Source: Candidatus Latescibacterota bacterium (lineage in GTDB: Bacteria; Latescibacterota; UBA2968; GCA-2709665). From it: 64,000 bases of DNA. Shown in pieces: positions 32,587 through 44,462 of this stretch. The stretch is taken from assembly GCA_965116875.1 (NCBI GenBank), contig OZ220733.1, positions 3,488,001 to 3,552,000 on the forward strand, written 5' to 3'. The translations under genes were made by a program, and so were the position numbers. Under the pieces are notes generated by a model. It was not told where the DNA came from and did no database searches. It saw only the letters and a program-made list of their open reading frames with translations. Position 1 is the stretch's first letter, and each line of letters begins with the position of its first letter.

Positions 32587-34149
32587 ATGTCGGGAGGAAT
32601 CCGATTGGCTCAGGAAGGGGCGTCTTCCGCCCCGGAATCGCAACTGGTCGCCCAGCGTCTGCAGAAGCTGGACTCGATTCGTGAAATGGGCGTGGAGCCG
32701 TTTCCGTATCGGTTCGAAGTGACCCATCGTTCCGGGGATATCACGGAGGCGTTTGAGACGCTGGAGGCGGACGGGCGGGACGTGTCGGTGGCGGGGCGTC
32801 TCATGGCCAGAAGGGACCACGGCAAGTCGGCCTTTGCCGATCTGCTGGATGAAACGGGCCGAATTCAGATCTACGTGAGACGGGACGCGGTGGGTGAGAA
32901 GGCGTTCGATCTTTGGAAATTGCTCGACATTGGAGATTTCGTAGGGATCGGTGGTCCGGTTTTCCGAACCCGAACGGGTGAGATGACGGTGAAAGCGCAC
33001 GCTTTGGAAATGCTCTCGAAAGCCGTGCGGCCGCTGCCGGTACCCAAGGAAGAGGTGAAAGACGGTCAGCGGGTTGTCCACGACGCCTTTACCGACCCCG
33101 AACTCCGATACCGGCGCCGATACCTTGACCTGACGCTGAACCCGGAAGTGAAGGACGTGTTTCGCAAGCGGACGGCGACTTTTTCCGCCATTCGCGATTT
33201 TTTTAACGCCCGGGGATTTCTGGAGGCCGACACGCCGGTGTTGCAGCCGCTCTATGGCGGCGCTTCAGCCCGGCCCTTTACCACCCATCACAACGCGCTG
33301 GATATGAAGCTCTATCTGCGGATCTCGAATGAGCTGTATCTGAAGCGTCTGATTGTGGGCGGGTTCGAAAAGGTCTACGAATTCAGCAGGGATTTCCGAA
33401 ACGAAGGAATCGACCGCACGCACAATCCCGAATTCACCATGCTGGAGGCCTATCAGGCATACGCCGACTATACCGACATGATGGAACTGACCGAGTCGCT
33501 GTTCGCCTCGGTCGCCGAATCGGTTACGGGGGCCAGCACGGTTGTCTATCAGGGGACGGAGATCGATCTTGGTCCGCCCTGGCGGCGGTTGACGCTTCTG
33601 GATGCCATAGAGGCTTACGGCGGCTTCAACGTCGCCGGCGCTTCCGTGGAAAAACTGAGAGAAATCTGCCGGCAACTGGATCTCGAGGTGGACGGCAGCG
33701 CGCGGCGCGGGCATCTGATGGATGAGATATTCGAGGCGGTCGTACAGCCCCACCTGATTCAACCCACGTTCATAACGGATTACCCCGTGGAGATGTCGCC
33801 ACTGGCCAAGCGGCACCGGGACAGCCCGAAACTCACGGAAAGGTTCGAGCCGTTCATCTGCGGATGGGAGGCGGCAAACGCATTTTCCGAACTCAACGAC
33901 CCCATCGATCAGCGGGAACGCTTCGAATACCAGGCCTCCCTTAGAGAGAGCGGAGATGAAGAAGCGCAGGTCCTTGATGCCGATTTTCTGCGGGCTATGG
34001 AGTATGGCATGCCGCCAACGGGCGGGATGGGGTTCGGAGTGGACAGGCTTGTGATGCTGCTGACGGACGCGCGTTCGATCCGGGACGTCATTCTCTTTCC
34101 GCATATGAGGCCCGAGGAGGGCCGCCCGGAGACAGCCGGCGATGCGTAG
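32587..34149 (+). CDS. lysS: Lysine--tRNA ligase (class II)
   Basis: OB fold, YRRRYLDL, GGASARPF.THHNAL, FRNEGID.THNPEF, EYGMPPTGG.G.G.DRLVM. Confidence 0.98.
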   Translation: MSGGIRLAQEGASSAPESQLVAQRLQKLDSIREMGVEPFPYRFEVTHRSGDITEAFETLEADGRDVSVAGRLMARRDHGKSAFADLLDETGRIQIYVRRDAVGEKAFDLWKLLDIGDFVGIGGPVFRTRTGEMTVKAHALEMLSKAVRPLPVPKEEVKDGQRVVHDAFTDPELRYRRRYLDLTLNPEVKDVFRKRTATFSAIRDFFNARGFLEADTPVLQPLYGGASARPFTTHHNALDMKLYLRISNELYLKRLIVGGFEKVYEFSRDFRNEGIDRTHNPEFTMLEAYQAYADYTDMMELTESLFASVAESVTGASTVVYQGTEIDLGPPWRRLTLLDAIEAYGGFNVAGASVEKLREICRQLDLEVDGSARRGHLMDEIFEAVVQPHLIQPTFITDYPVEMSPLAKRHRDSPKLTERFEPFICGWEAANAFSELNDPIDQRERFEYQASLRESGDEEAQVLDADFLRAMEYGMPPTGGMGFGVDRLVMLLTDARSIRDVILFPHMRPEEGRPETAGDA

Positions 34150-34831
34150 CCTGCTCGAGGCTGCGGATCTGGTCAAGCGGTACCGCGTCGGCGGTTCCGA
34201 AATACAGGTGCTCAAAGGCGTTGCCCTTTCCGTTGCGCACGGCGAGGTGGTTGCGGTGGTTGGCCCTTCCGGCGTGGGAAAGAGCACCCTTCTGCACATA
34301 CTGGGCGGGCTGGATCGCCCTACCGGCGGAACGGTTCGAGTCGACGGCAACGACGTCTTCGCGCTTTCGGATACGGAGCGGGCGCGGTTCAGGAACGAAT
34401 CGGTTGGCTTTGTCTTTCAGTTTCACCATTTGCTCAATGATTTTACCGCGGAAGAAAATGTGATGTTGCCCCTCATGATTCAGGGGCGTCCCGTTTCCGA
34501 GGCGCAGGCTGCCGCCGGGGAACTGCTGAATGCGGTGGGGCTCTTCCAGCGCCGGGCTCATCTGCCCTCGGAATTGTCGGGCGGAGAATCCCAGCGCGTT
34601 GCGGTTGCCAGGGCGCTCGTCGGTCGGCCGAGGCTGGTTCTGGCGGACGAACCTTCCGGCAACCTGGACGCGGAACACAGCCGGGAGTTGCACGATCTGA
34701 TCTGGAGACTCGCGGGCAGCCTGAAACAGACGTTCGTCATCGCCACGCACGATCAGGCGCTGGCCGCACGGGCGGATCGGGTTGTACGGATGGAAGACGG
34801 AAGAATCGTCCGCGACGTACGCCGCGGCTGA
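34142..34831 (+). CDS. lolD: LolD-like ABC transporter ATP-binding protein
   Basis: GPSGVGKSTLLHILGGLD, GFVFQFHHLL..F.A.ENV, LSGGE.QRVAVARAL, ADEPSGNLD. Confidence 0.8.
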   Translation: MRSLLEAADLVKRYRVGGSEIQVLKGVALSVAHGEVVAVVGPSGVGKSTLLHILGGLDRPTGGTVRVDGNDVFALSDTERARFRNESVGFVFQFHHLLNDFTAEENVMLPLMIQGRPVSEAQAAAGELLNAVGLFQRRAHLPSELSGGESQRVAVARALVGRPRLVLADEPSGNLDAEHSRELHDLIWRLAGSLKQTFVIATHDQALAARADRVVRMEDGRIVRDVRRG

Positions 34832-34923
34832 CGCCCGGCCCGGCGGTTGGAATGTGAAGCCCTGGCGGGCAGCTGAGCGATGGCTTGCCGGCCGGGCGAG
34901 AAGGACCAGAGGAGATACGTCTT

Positions 34924-37389
34924 ATGAACAGCAGGTTCTCGGATCGGGTGAAGCGGGTGATGCGGCTGGTCCGTGAGGAGGCGGCCCGGCTCGGCAACAA
35001 CCATATCAGCAGCGAGCACCTCTTGCTCGGTATCATCCGGGAGGGAAAGGGTTCGGCCGTCAACGTGATGTTGAATCTGGGGTTGAACCTGGACAAGATC
35101 AAACAGTCGATCGACGACTACGTCGCGTATTCCGGCGGGTCGATGACGATGGGAGACGTGCCTTTCACGCCACGGGCAAAGCAGATTCTGGAAATAGCGG
35201 CCTCCGAAGCCAAAGAGATGAAGAGCCAATATGTGCGGACCTGCCATCTGCTGGTGGCGCTGGTTAAGGACAAGGAGACGATCGCCGCGCAGATTCTCGT
35301 GGGGTTTGGGGTCGACTACAAGACCGTGAAGGAGGAGGTGATTGCTGTTTTGCAAGGGAAACCGACGGGCAAACGGGAAAAGAAGAAAAGCAAGACCCCC
35401 TATCTGGATCACTTCGGCCGTGACCTGACGGAATTGGCGCGCGGGGGCAAGCTCGACCCGGTGATTGGCAGGGAGCGGGAGATTGAACGGGTATCCCAGG
35501 TGCTCAGCCGGCGGAAGAAGAACAACCCGGTACTGATCGGCGAACCCGGTGTGGGGAAAACAGCGATCGTCGAAGGACTCGCGCAGCGCATCGTGGAGCG
35601 GCGGGTGCCGCAGTTGCTGGCAGACAAGCGCATGGTCACGCTGGATATGGGCGGCATGGTCGCGGGCACCAAATACCGCGGTCAGTTTGAGGAGCGCATC
35701 AAGGCGGTCATGAACGAACTCCAGCAAAGCCAGGACGTCATCATTTTCATCGACGAACTGCACACGATCGTGGGCGCCGGTAGCGCCGAGGGAACGCTCG
35801 ACGCCTCCAATATGTTCAAGCCGGCGTTTTCGAGGGGCGAACTTCAGTGCATCGGCGCGACAACGCTTGACGAATACCGCAAATACATCGAAAAAGACGG
35901 CGCGCTGGAACGGCGTTTTCAGACCATACTGGTGGATTCGCCGTCGGTCGACGACGCAATAGATATCCTGAAGGGACTGAAGGAGAAATTCGAGGCCCAC
36001 CATCTGGTCACCTATACAGAGGCCGCCGTCGACAGCGCCGTCCGCATGGCAGACCGGTATATCAGCGAACGGCACCTGCCGGACAAGGCAATAGACGTGA
36101 TCGACGAAACGGGTTCCCGCGTCCGCCTGGGCCGGCTGAATCCGCCTGAGGAAATCAAGACGCTCGAACTCGAAATAGAGGAAATCACGCGGAAGAAGAA
36201 TGCGGCCGCAAACAGCCAGCAGTTCGAGGAAGCGGCCAAGCTCAGAGACCAGGAACGGAAGCTGAAGGAACAGGTCGACGAAATGCGTCAGGAGTGGGAG
36301 CAGAAGGTCCGTGACGAAGTGGTGGAGGTGACCGAGCAGGATATCGCGGAAGTGGTCTCCAGCATGACGGGTATTCCGGCGTTCCGGCTTGCGCAGGAGG
36401 AATCTGAGAAGCTGCTCCGCATGGGCGAGAAGGTGAAGGACCGCGTGGTCGGCCAGGACGATGCGGTCGACACGGTCTGTCGCTCCATACGCCGAACGCG
36501 GGCGGGATTGAAAGACCCCAATCGTCCCATTGGAACGTTTCTGTTTCTGGGCCCCACCGGCGTGGGCAAGACCTATCTGGCGCGGGCGCTGGCCGGGTAC
36601 CTTTTCGATGACGAGGATGCGCTCATCACGGTGGACATGTCGGAGTACATGGAAAAGTTCGCGGTTTCCAGGCTCGTCGGCGCGCCGCCCGGATACGTGG
36701 GTTACGACGAGGGGGGCCAGCTAACCGAAAAGGTGCGCAGGAAGCCCTATTCGGTGGTTCTGCTCGATGAGATTGAAAAAGCCCATCCGGACGTGTTCAA
36801 CCTGCTTTTGCAGGTTCTGGACGAGGGTCGTCTGACCGACAGTTTCGGCCGGAAAGTCAGTTTCAAGAATACCATATTGATCATGACTTCCAACCTGGGC
36901 ACGCGCGACCTGGCGAAGGCCGGAGGGCTCGGCTTCAACCGGTCCGACAAGAAGAGCATTCGCGAAAAAATGGTGGAGCGCGTCGAGGAGGAACTGAAGA
37001 AGACGTTCAATCCCGAGTTCCTGAACAGGCTGGACGAGACGGTGGTCTTCAATCCCCTCGAACGGAAGGAGATTATCCGGATTGTCGATCTCGAGATTGC
37101 CGAAATATGCGATCGACTCAAAGAGCGGGATATCTCGATCAGTCTGACGCCGGGCGCCAAGGCGCTTCTGGCGGAAAAGGGATACGACCCCACGTACGGC
37201 GCGCGTCAGCTGAAGCGCACCATACAGAAACTGGTGGAAGATCCAATGGCGGAAGAGATTCTGCAGGGCAAATACACCGCCGGGAGCGAAGTGCGCATCA
37301 GCAAGAAGGGTGACGGTCTCCAATTCGTGGATGCCAATGCGGTTGCCGCAGCCGAACAGGAAGTGGTGAACCGTGTTTCGGAGGAATGA
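34924..37389 (+). CDS. clpC: ATP-dependent Clp protease ATPase subunit ClpC
   Basis: Clp-N repeats, two AAA+ modules ([16 protein letters not shown]), UVR coiled coil, GLGF ClpP-binding-like loop. Confidence 0.95.
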   Translation: MNSRFSDRVKRVMRLVREEAARLGNNHISSEHLLLGIIREGKGSAVNVMLNLGLNLDKIKQSIDDYVAYSGGSMTMGDVPFTPRAKQILEIAASEAKEMKSQYVRTCHLLVALVKDKETIAAQILVGFGVDYKTVKEEVIAVLQGKPTGKREKKKSKTPYLDHFGRDLTELARGGKLDPVIGREREIERVSQVLSRRKKNNPVLIGEPGVGKTAIVEGLAQRIVERRVPQLLADKRMVTLDMGGMVAGTKYRGQFEERIKAVMNELQQSQDVIIFIDELHTIVGAGSAEGTLDASNMFKPAFSRGELQCIGATTLDEYRKYIEKDGALERRFQTILVDSPSVDDAIDILKGLKEKFEAHHLVTYTEAAVDSAVRMADRYISERHLPDKAIDVIDETGSRVRLGRLNPPEEIKTLELEIEEITRKKNAAANSQQFEEAAKLRDQERKLKEQVDEMRQEWEQKVRDEVVEVTEQDIAEVVSSMTGIPAFRLAQEESEKLLRMGEKVKDRVVGQDDAVDTVCRSIRRTRAGLKDPNRPIGTFLFLGPTGVGKTYLARALAGYLFDDEDALITVDMSEYMEKFAVSRLVGAPPGYVGYDEGGQLTEKVRRKPYSVVLLDEIEKAHPDVFNLLLQVLDEGRLTDSFGRKVSFKNTILIMTSNLGTRDLAKAGGLGFNRSDKKSIREKMVERVEEELKKTFNPEFLNRLDETVVFNPLERKEIIRIVDLEIAEICDRLKERDISISLTPGAKALLAEKGYDPTYGARQLKRTIQKLVEDPMAEEILQGKYTAGSEVRISKKGDGLQFVDANAVAAAEQEVVNRVSEE

Positions 37390-37564
37390 AACAGCGCCAG
37401 GCGCGCGGGCGGTCTGTCGGTTTTTGCCCTCGATGCACTGCGATGATGACCAGTTGGGCCCGGACGTACGGCCGGGCCCAATTTTGTCGTACAGGGGATA
37501 GCAGGAACTTTTGTTGTTACGGAGCGTTTGTTCGATTGTGACGGTTGATTTCATCCTGGGATTT

Positions 37565-37633
37565 TTCGTACTTTCGTATTCTCGTCTTTTCGTCTTCTCG
37601 CAGTCTCGTAGTTTCGTATTCTCGTAGTCTCGC
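37565..37633 (+). repeat. Degenerate octamer tandem repeat upstream of bamA
   Basis: tcgtactt tcgtattc tcgtcttt tcgtcttc tcgcagtc tcgtagtt tcgtattc tcgtagtc. Confidence 0.75.
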
Positions 37634-37644
37634 TCTTCACACGG

Positions 37645-39959
37645 GTGTCGCGGAGGCGAAAAGCTTTGTTGCGAATCTTTTTCGGATGCTTTCTGTTGCT
37701 GTTGAACTTCGCGTCTCCCCGGACGGCGAAGGCGCAGGAGGCGCCCCTCATTACCGAGATCAGAGTCTCCGGAAACCGGATCACCGAAGCGTCGCTGATC
37801 AGGTTCTCCTCCGGACTGGCGGAAGGACAACGCCTAATCCTTCCGGACGATCCGCCGCGCGTCATCCGCAATCTCCATCGATTGAACATCTTTTCGGATA
37901 TCCAGGTCTTCCTCGATTCGGACGTGGACGAAGGGTGGCCGTTCTGATTGTCGTAAAAGAATATCCCAAGCTGGACGACGTACTTTTCGAGGGCAACAAG
38001 GGGATCAAATCCAAGAAACTGAAGAAGACGCTGGCTTTCGTAGAGAAACAATGGCTGTCGCCGCACGAAGTCAGGCGCGCGGAAAACAAGATCGTGGACC
38101 TGTACAAGGAAGAGGGATACCTCCTGGCCGGCGTCAAGGGGACGCAGGGCGACCCGAATGAAGAGGGTCAGGTCAGCCTCACGTTCAAAGTCAGCGAGGG
38201 GCGGAAGGTAAAGCTGCGCCGGATCCAGTTCTTCGGAAATCAGTCATTCGAAGGCAAAAAGCTTCGAAAGGCGATGAAGGAGACCAAGCAGGTCGGGGGC
38301 ATACTGCGCCGGAATCAGTTTGCGGAAGATACCTATCAGGAAGACAAGCAGGCGCTGCTGGCGTTTTACCAGGCGAACGGGTATCGGAACGCGGAGATTC
38401 TTCGCGACAGCCTGTATTACGACGATGCGAAGGCGAATCTGTTTATCGATCTGTACCTGGAAGAAGGGCCCCTTTACACCTTCGGCAAGATTACCTGGGA
38501 GGGAAACGAGCGCGTCAAGGACGCGGGGATCGAGAGGATGATCGTCGCCAGGGCAGGGGAGGTCTACAGCGCCGAACTCAAGAACAAATCCCACGAGGAA
38601 ATCCAGAATCTGTACAGCGATATCGGCTATATCACGGCTTCGGTGGCGGTCCAGGAACGACTGGCCGAGACGCCGCATACGATCAACGTGCACTTCGACA
38701 TCGTGGAGAACAAGCCGTGGAAGATCCGGCAGATTACCATTTCGGGCAATACCAAGACGAAGGACAGGGTGATCCGAAGGGAGCTCTGGATACGGCCGGG
38801 TCAGACCTTTCGAAGGTCGGGCATCGAACGCAGCGTCAGGAACATTCAACAGCTGAACTATTTCAGCAACGTGGCGCCGGAACTGAAACCCGTAGAGGAG
38901 GCGTCCGAACTCGACGTGATCTTTGCTGTTGAGGAGAAGTCCACCGGCACGGCGTCCGTAGGCGCGGGCTACAGTCAGTACGACGGCCTGCTTGGAACCA
39001 TCGCGTTACAGGTTCCTAACTTTATGGGCAACGGACAGCAACTGGAATTTCAGCTGGAGTTCGGAGACAGGCGCCAGTCCTTCAGGGCCGGGTTTACGGA
39101 GCCCTGGTTTCTAAACACGCCAACGAGTCTGCAGGGCTTGATCTTCAGGACCAACCGCCGGTATTACAGCGGCTTCGACGAACGCAGGCAGGGCGCCCTG
39201 GCCAGCGTTGGGCGCCGTCTGGTCTGGCCCGACTTCTCCAGGGTCTCCGTTGGGTACCGCATCGAGCAGGTTGAATTCCGGAATTTCGCCGAGGATTTCG
39301 ACGAGGCCGCGGAGACTTCCTTTCGCGACAATGTGACCAGCAGCGTCAATTTTAACTTTACGCGCAACAGCCGGGATCTGCCGGTCTTTCCAACCAGCGG
39401 CTCCGTGTTTTCCTACTCGCCCACGTTTGCCGGCGGCCCCCTGGGCGGCAATACGGATTTCTTCAAGCACGACGTCATAACCAGTTTCTATTTTCCGGTT
39501 GCATGGCGGGTTGCGCTGAATCTGAAGACGACCCTCGGCCTCGTGAAGCCGTATAACAATTCCCAGGTGCCGTTCAACGAGCGCTACGTTCCGGGAGGCG
39601 TGAACATATTCGAGGGCACCATGGTGCGCGGGTACCCCGAGCAATCGCTGGGGCCGCGCATCAACGGCGTTCCGGACGGCGGAAACTCGCAGCTGCTCTT
39701 CAATCTGGAATTCACGCTACCCATTGTGCGGCAGCAGTTTTACGCCCTTGCCTTTGCGGACGCCGGCAATGCGTGGGACGGTGTCTCCGAAGCGAGTATT
39801 TTCGATTTGAGGCGGTCGGTTGGCGTTGGGTTTCGCATGATCGCTCCGGTCGTGGGCATTATGGGATTTGACTTTGCGTGGGGTTTCGACAGGCGGCGCG
39901 TTGACGGCCAGCAACCGCAGATGGTAACCCATTTCCAGTTCGGTCCGCAGTTCTTTTAA
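37645..39959 (+). CDS. bamA: Outer-membrane protein assembly factor BamA, split by an apparent 1-nt deletion near 37935
   Basis: 37645-37947 encodes signal peptide + POTRA1 (ITEIRVSGN); the other frame continues VLIVVKEYP with further POTRAs, GNTKTKD.VIRRE, VRGY barrel motif and C-terminal Phe. Confidence 0.9.
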
Positions 39960-40177
39960 CCTCAATTCGTAAAAAGACATCAGTCAAATTGGCCACAAAA
40001 AGCACAAAAGGCACAGAAGGTACCGGTGCAAAACGGTGTATTGTGGTCGTTCGGAAGGACATTTTTTCCGTTCACGTACAGTGACTTGGTTTATCATTGT
40101 AATCCGCCTTTTAATCGCCTTTATTAACCAGCACTTATTCGAATTAACGTCCACGAAAACTCACGAATCAAGGTTAA
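39956..40177. mobile_element. TTAA-ended MITE-like element, copy A
   Basis: Ends TTAACCTCAATTCG / CGAATCAAGGTTAA; internal ccacaaaaagcacaaaaggcacagaagg shared (inverted) with copies at 49012 and 53924. Confidence 0.7.
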
Positions 40178-40197
40178 ACGTTGGGGGGAGATTCAAA

Positions 40198-40770
40198 ATG
40201 AACTTCAGAACTTTCTACCTGGTTTCGGTGTGCGGCCTGATGGCGTGCCTTGTCGCGGCGTCCACCGCGCGAGCGCAGGCGAAGATCGCCTTTTTTGATC
40301 CGAACGAGATTCGAACCAAGTACAAGCCGTTCCAGGAGGCAGAGAGAGAGTACAACCAGTACGAAGGAGAACTGCAGAAGGAGCTCAAAAAACTCGAGAG
40401 CGAGTTGAGGAAGAAGCAGACCACCTTCGAGCGGCAGAAGGTGATGTACATGGAGAATCGCAGGCGGGAAGAGGAGCAGGCCCTGAAGAGGCAGGAGGAG
40501 GAGTTGCAGCGGTTTCTTGCCCAGATTACCGATCCCGAGCGGGGTAAACTCGCGCTCAAGCAGCAGGAACTGCTCACGCCGCTGCTGAAACGCGTCAACG
40601 AGGTGATTAACCGGGTGGCCAGGGAGGAGGGGTACGACTTCGTTCTGAACGCGGCCTCCGTGGTCTATTTCAACGAAGAATACAACCTGACCGAGAAGGT
40701 ACTGGAAGAATTGAATAAAGACCTGGAGGCCGGAGACGAAAAGAGGGCCAGGCCGGGCCCGATTCGCTAG
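40198..40770 (+). CDS. skp: Periplasmic chaperone Skp/OmpH
   Basis: Signal peptide ARA-Q, KIAFFD, coiled coil, [11 protein letters not shown]...NLTEKVL; follows bamA. Confidence 0.9.
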   Translation: MNFRTFYLVSVCGLMACLVAASTARAQAKIAFFDPNEIRTKYKPFQEAEREYNQYEGELQKELKKLESELRKKQTTFERQKVMYMENRRREEEQALKRQEEELQRFLAQITDPERGKLALKQQELLTPLLKRVNEVINRVAREEGYDFVLNAASVVYFNEEYNLTEKVLEELNKDLEAGDEKRARPGPIR

Positions 40771-40780
40771 CGGCCAGGAG

Positions 40781-41230
40781 TTGACAGGAGAGCCGGCTGT
40801 GCTGGACGTCGAAGCAATTCAGAAAATCCTGCCGCATCGATACCCGTTCCTCCTGGTGGACCGGGTTCTGGAGTTGGAGCCGGAACGCAGGGTGGTGGGG
40901 CTGAAGAACGTTTCCGCCAACGAGCCCTTCTTCGCCGGCCACTTCCCTGGGCGTCCCGTAATGCCGGGTGTGTTGATCGTGGAAGCGCTTGCGCAGACCG
41001 CGGCCGTTCTGATGGGCGACGAGTCCGGAATGATCCCGATGTTCATGGGTATCGACAAAGCCCGGTTCAGAAGTCCAGTAACGCCGGGGGATCAGTTGCG
41101 GCTCGAGGTGGAGGTGTTGAGAAGAAGGCGCAACATATGCCGCGTTGCCGGCAGGGCGTTCGTGGGCGACAACGTCGTCGCGGAAGCGGAGATGATGGCC
41201 GCGCTTGTCCCGGCGGACAGCGTGACCTGA
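40781..41230 (+). CDS. fabZ: 3-hydroxyacyl-ACP dehydratase
   Basis: [33 protein letters not shown]. Confidence 0.96.
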   Translation: MTGEPAVLDVEAIQKILPHRYPFLLVDRVLELEPERRVVGLKNVSANEPFFAGHFPGRPVMPGVLIVEALAQTAAVLMGDESGMIPMFMGIDKARFRSPVTPGDQLRLEVEVLRRRRNICRVAGRAFVGDNVVAEAEMMAALVPADSVT

Positions 41231-41295
41231 GAAAACCGAAGCGAATACCACTTCAAGATCGTGAACCGGCGGCTCATTCGAGCCGCCGGTTCTGT

Positions 41296-42075
41296 CTATT
41301 GAGACAGAATCTGGCTGAGGAACAGCCGGGTCCGGTCATTCTGTGGATTGTCGAAAAACGCGTCCGGATTATTCTCTTCGACAATTCGCCCCTCGTCCAT
41401 GAAGATAACGCGATTGGCAACCGTTTTCGCGAACCCCATTTCGTGCGTGACCACCAGCATCGTCATGCCGCTTTGTGCGAGCTCAACCATAACGTCAAGC
41501 ACTTCCTTGATCATCTCCGGGTCCAGCGCTGACGTCGGTTCGTCAAAAAGCATGATCTTCGGGTTCATGCACAAACTGCGGGCGATTGCGACGCGTTGCT
41601 GTTGACCGCCCGACAGTTGACCCGGATACTTCGATGCCTGTTCCGGGATTCGTACCCGCTTCAGATACCGCATTGCGATTTCTTCAGCTTCCTGTTTCGG
41701 CAGCTTTCTCGCCCAGATTGGCGCCAGCGTGCAGTTTTCCAGGACCGTCAGGTGAGGAAACAGATTGAACTGCTGGAACACCATGCCAACTTCCCGCCGG
41801 ATGTCCGCGATATTCTTCAGATTGTCGGTCAGCGATATGCCATCAACCGTGATGTGCCCGCGCTGATGTTCCTCCAGGTGGTTGATACAGCGGATCAGCG
41901 TTGATTTGCCGGAACCCGAGGGACCGCAAATGACGATTATTTCGCCGCGCTCTACGGTGAGATTGACGTCGTTCAGGACGTGGAACTTGCCGAACCACTT
42001 GTGCATGCCTGTAATTTCGATCGCAATCCCGTCATCGGGTTCGCTGACGGCCGGGTCTGTGGTGTCATCAGTCAT
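41296..42075 (-). CDS. aapP: General L-amino acid ABC transporter ATP-binding protein
   Basis: [59 protein letters not shown]. Confidence 0.88.
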   Translation of the reverse strand: MTDDTTDPAVSEPDDGIAIEITGMHKWFGKFHVLNDVNLTVERGEIIVICGPSGSGKSTLIRCINHLEEHQRGHITVDGISLTDNLKNIADIRREVGMVFQQFNLFPHLTVLENCTLAPIWARKLPKQEAEEIAMRYLKRVRIPEQASKYPGQLSGGQQQRVAIARSLCMNPKIMLFDEPTSALDPEMIKEVLDVMVELAQSGMTMLVVTHEMGFAKTVANRVIFMDEGRIVEENNPDAFFDNPQNDRTRLFLSQILSQ

Positions 42076-42086
42076 TCGAGAATCCT

Positions 42087-43205
42087 CTATTCGTTCTTGT
42101 GGCCGGTATCCAGCTTTCGTTCAAGGTAGAGCGAATATCGCGACATGGCAAAGCACGATACGAAGAAACCCATCGCAACGAAGATGTACAGTTCAGTCGA
42201 TAATCCCTGCCATTTCGAGTCGGCAAGCGCTGCACGGCCGATTCCAAGAGGATCGAGGAGGCCGACGACGATGACCAGGGTCGTATCTTTATACAGTCCG
42301 ATAAAGGTATTCACGATACCGGGAATGGATATTTTCAACGCTTGCGGCAATATGATCAACCGGATGCTCTTTGCATAATTCAGACCCAGCGCATCGGCCG
42401 CTTCGAACTGTCCCTGCGGAATTGACGCCAGACCGCCACGAATGACTTCGGCGATGTATGCCGCCGAAAAAATGATCACGATAATGATGACGCGAAGTAA
42501 CATATCGAAGTATGTACCAGGCGGCATGAAATAGTTCAAGAGCGTTGAGGCGACGAACAGCAATGTGATCAGCGGAACGCCGCGTATGAATTCGATGTAC
42601 CAGATGCTGAGCGTCCGGACAACCGGCATTGACGAAAAACGACCCAGCGCCAGGGCAATGCCGAGTGGGAGAGAAACGGAGATTCCAGTCACGCCGATCA
42701 GCATTGTCAGCAGGAAACCGCCGAATCTGGATGACTCGACGTGTTCCAGCCCAAACCACCCGCCCCATAGCATGCAGAACGCGAAGACCGGATAGACGAA
42801 TGTAAACCAGAGCCAATATTTCCGCCCTCTGACGCGGTCGTACAGCAGCGGAATCACGGCGACGAAAAGCAACACGAACGTCAGGTTGACTCGCCAGCGC
42901 AATTGCTCCGGATAGAATCCGTATATAAACTGATCGAATCGTATCCGCACAACGGACCAGCAGGCGCCCCCGGCGATCTCCCGGCATTCTCTGCGGTGTG
43001 CGACTTCCGCAAATACCGCGTCGAAGAACATCCAGTTGGCAATGGGCGGGATGATCTCGTACAACAGATAGACCGACAACGCCGTCAGTACGATATCGAT
43101 CGGGCTTGAAAACAGATTCCTGCGAATCCAGCCGGCGACGCCAACCTGGGTCCTCGGCGGAGGCAGTTCCTGATGCATCTCCTGCCCGGGTGAACGCTCG
43201 GTCAT
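42087..43205 (-). CDS. aapM: Amino acid ABC transporter permease
   Basis: GACW, YGFYP...[30 protein letters not shown]. Confidence 0.85.
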   Translation of the reverse strand: MTERSPGQEMHQELPPPRTQVGVAGWIRRNLFSSPIDIVLTALSVYLLYEIIPPIANWMFFDAVFAEVAHRRECREIAGGACWSVVRIRFDQFIYGFYPEQLRWRVNLTFVLLFVAVIPLLYDRVRGRKYWLWFTFVYPVFAFCMLWGGWFGLEHVESSRFGGFLLTMLIGVTGISVSLPLGIALALGRFSSMPVVRTLSIWYIEFIRGVPLITLLFVASTLLNYFMPPGTYFDMLLRVIIIVIIFSAAYIAEVIRGGLASIPQGQFEAADALGLNYAKSIRLIILPQALKISIPGIVNTFIGLYKDTTLVIVVGLLDPLGIGRAALADSKWQGLSTELYIFVAMGFFVSCFAMSRYSLYLERKLDTGHKNE

Positions 43206-43209
43206 CCGT

Positions 43210-44367
43210 TCATCGCTCCACCAGTGAAATTCTCTTGTTATACCAGTTCATGAACGCGGATATGGACAGGGAGATGGAAAGATAGACGGCCAGTACAATG
43301 GACATGCATTCCAATGCGCGGCCGGTCTGGTTGAGCGAAATGCCCCCAATGGTCGCCACGACGTCCATATACCCCACCGCGATGGCAAGGGATGAGTTCT
43401 TGGTCAGATTGAGATACTGGCTGATCAAAGGAGGGACAATGGTCCGCAGCGCCTGCGGCAAAATGATCAGCCGCATGGTAAGATTCGGTCTGATACCCAA
43501 AGCGTAAGCGGCTTCGGTCTGTCCGTAACTGACGGCCAGAATTCCCGCTCTGACAATTTCAGCGATGAACGCCCCCGTATACACCCCGAGCGCAAGCGTC
43601 AATGCGAGAAACTCCGGACTCAGGACCAACCCGCCTTTGAAGTTAAACCTTTCAAACACGGGAAATTCGAATTCAATTGGAAACCCGAGAAGCCAGAACG
43701 CCAGCAGCGGAAGCGCAAGGATCACGGAGACGTTCGTCCAGTACACCGGATACCGTTGTCCGGTCAGTTCCTGTTTCTGTTTTGCAAACCGGTAAAAGCA
43801 ACAGGCGCCGCCAATTGCGATCATCAGCGCGGCAAGAACACCCCAGAATGCAGGTTCGAAAATCGGTTTCGGCGAATAGGCGCCGCGATTGGTCAGAAAA
43901 AACACACCGGCGGCCGATACGGCCTGCCTGGGGTGAGGCAGGTTGTGGACAATCACTCCATGGCACAATAATATCCACAGCAGAACCGGGACATTACGGC
44001 TGAATTCAACGAAACCGTAGGAAATCCTGTTGACCAGGAAGTTCGAGGACAGGCGCGCGACACCCGCGGCGAATCCAATCAGGGTCGCGAGCAGGATGCC
44101 GAAAAACGCGACCAGGGCCGTATTGATGACACCGACAACAGTCGCGCGAAGATGCGTGCTGCGCGAATCGTATTCGATCAGATGCTGGTTGATGTCGTAG
44201 TTGGAGGGCGTGAACAGAAAGCCGTAACTGACGTCTCTGCCAATCAGTTCGAGATTGTTGAGCATATTCCGAACGAAGAAACCGAGCAGCGACAGTACGA
44301 CGATGATCGCAACGATCTGAATGATCAGTTGCCGAGGCTTTTTTTCACTCCAGAGGCTTCCCAGCAT
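43210..44367 (-). CDS. aapQ: Amino acid ABC transporter permease
   Basis: GVARLS.N, RNVP.LL, PEFLAL..AL..YT.AFIAEIVRAGI..V..GQTEAA, SQYLNLTKNSSLA. Confidence 0.85.
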   Translation of the reverse strand: MLGSLWSEKKPRQLIIQIVAIIVVLSLLGFFVRNMLNNLELIGRDVSYGFLFTPSNYDINQHLIEYDSRSTHLRATVVGVINTALVAFFGILLATLIGFAAGVARLSSNFLVNRISYGFVEFSRNVPVLLWILLCHGVIVHNLPHPRQAVSAAGVFFLTNRGAYSPKPIFEPAFWGVLAALMIAIGGACCFYRFAKQKQELTGQRYPVYWTNVSVILALPLLAFWLLGFPIEFEFPVFERFNFKGGLVLSPEFLALTLALGVYTGAFIAEIVRAGILAVSYGQTEAAYALGIRPNLTMRLIILPQALRTIVPPLISQYLNLTKNSSLAIAVGYMDVVATIGGISLNQTGRALECMSIVLAVYLSISLSISAFMNWYNKRISLVER

Positions 44368-44462
44368 AGCTCACACGGAAAGACAGTCGATGGATTGATT
44401 CTGTGCGGGGCTCGAACGATGACGGCGCATGCAGATTGCGTGCGCCATCTTCATCCGTTAAT

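Noticed and set aside
37545-37930. N-terminus of the 804-aa ORF as the true BamA start
   Set aside because: It translates the octamer repeat and an off-frame sequence; the real signal peptide and POTRA1 are in ORF 37645-37947.
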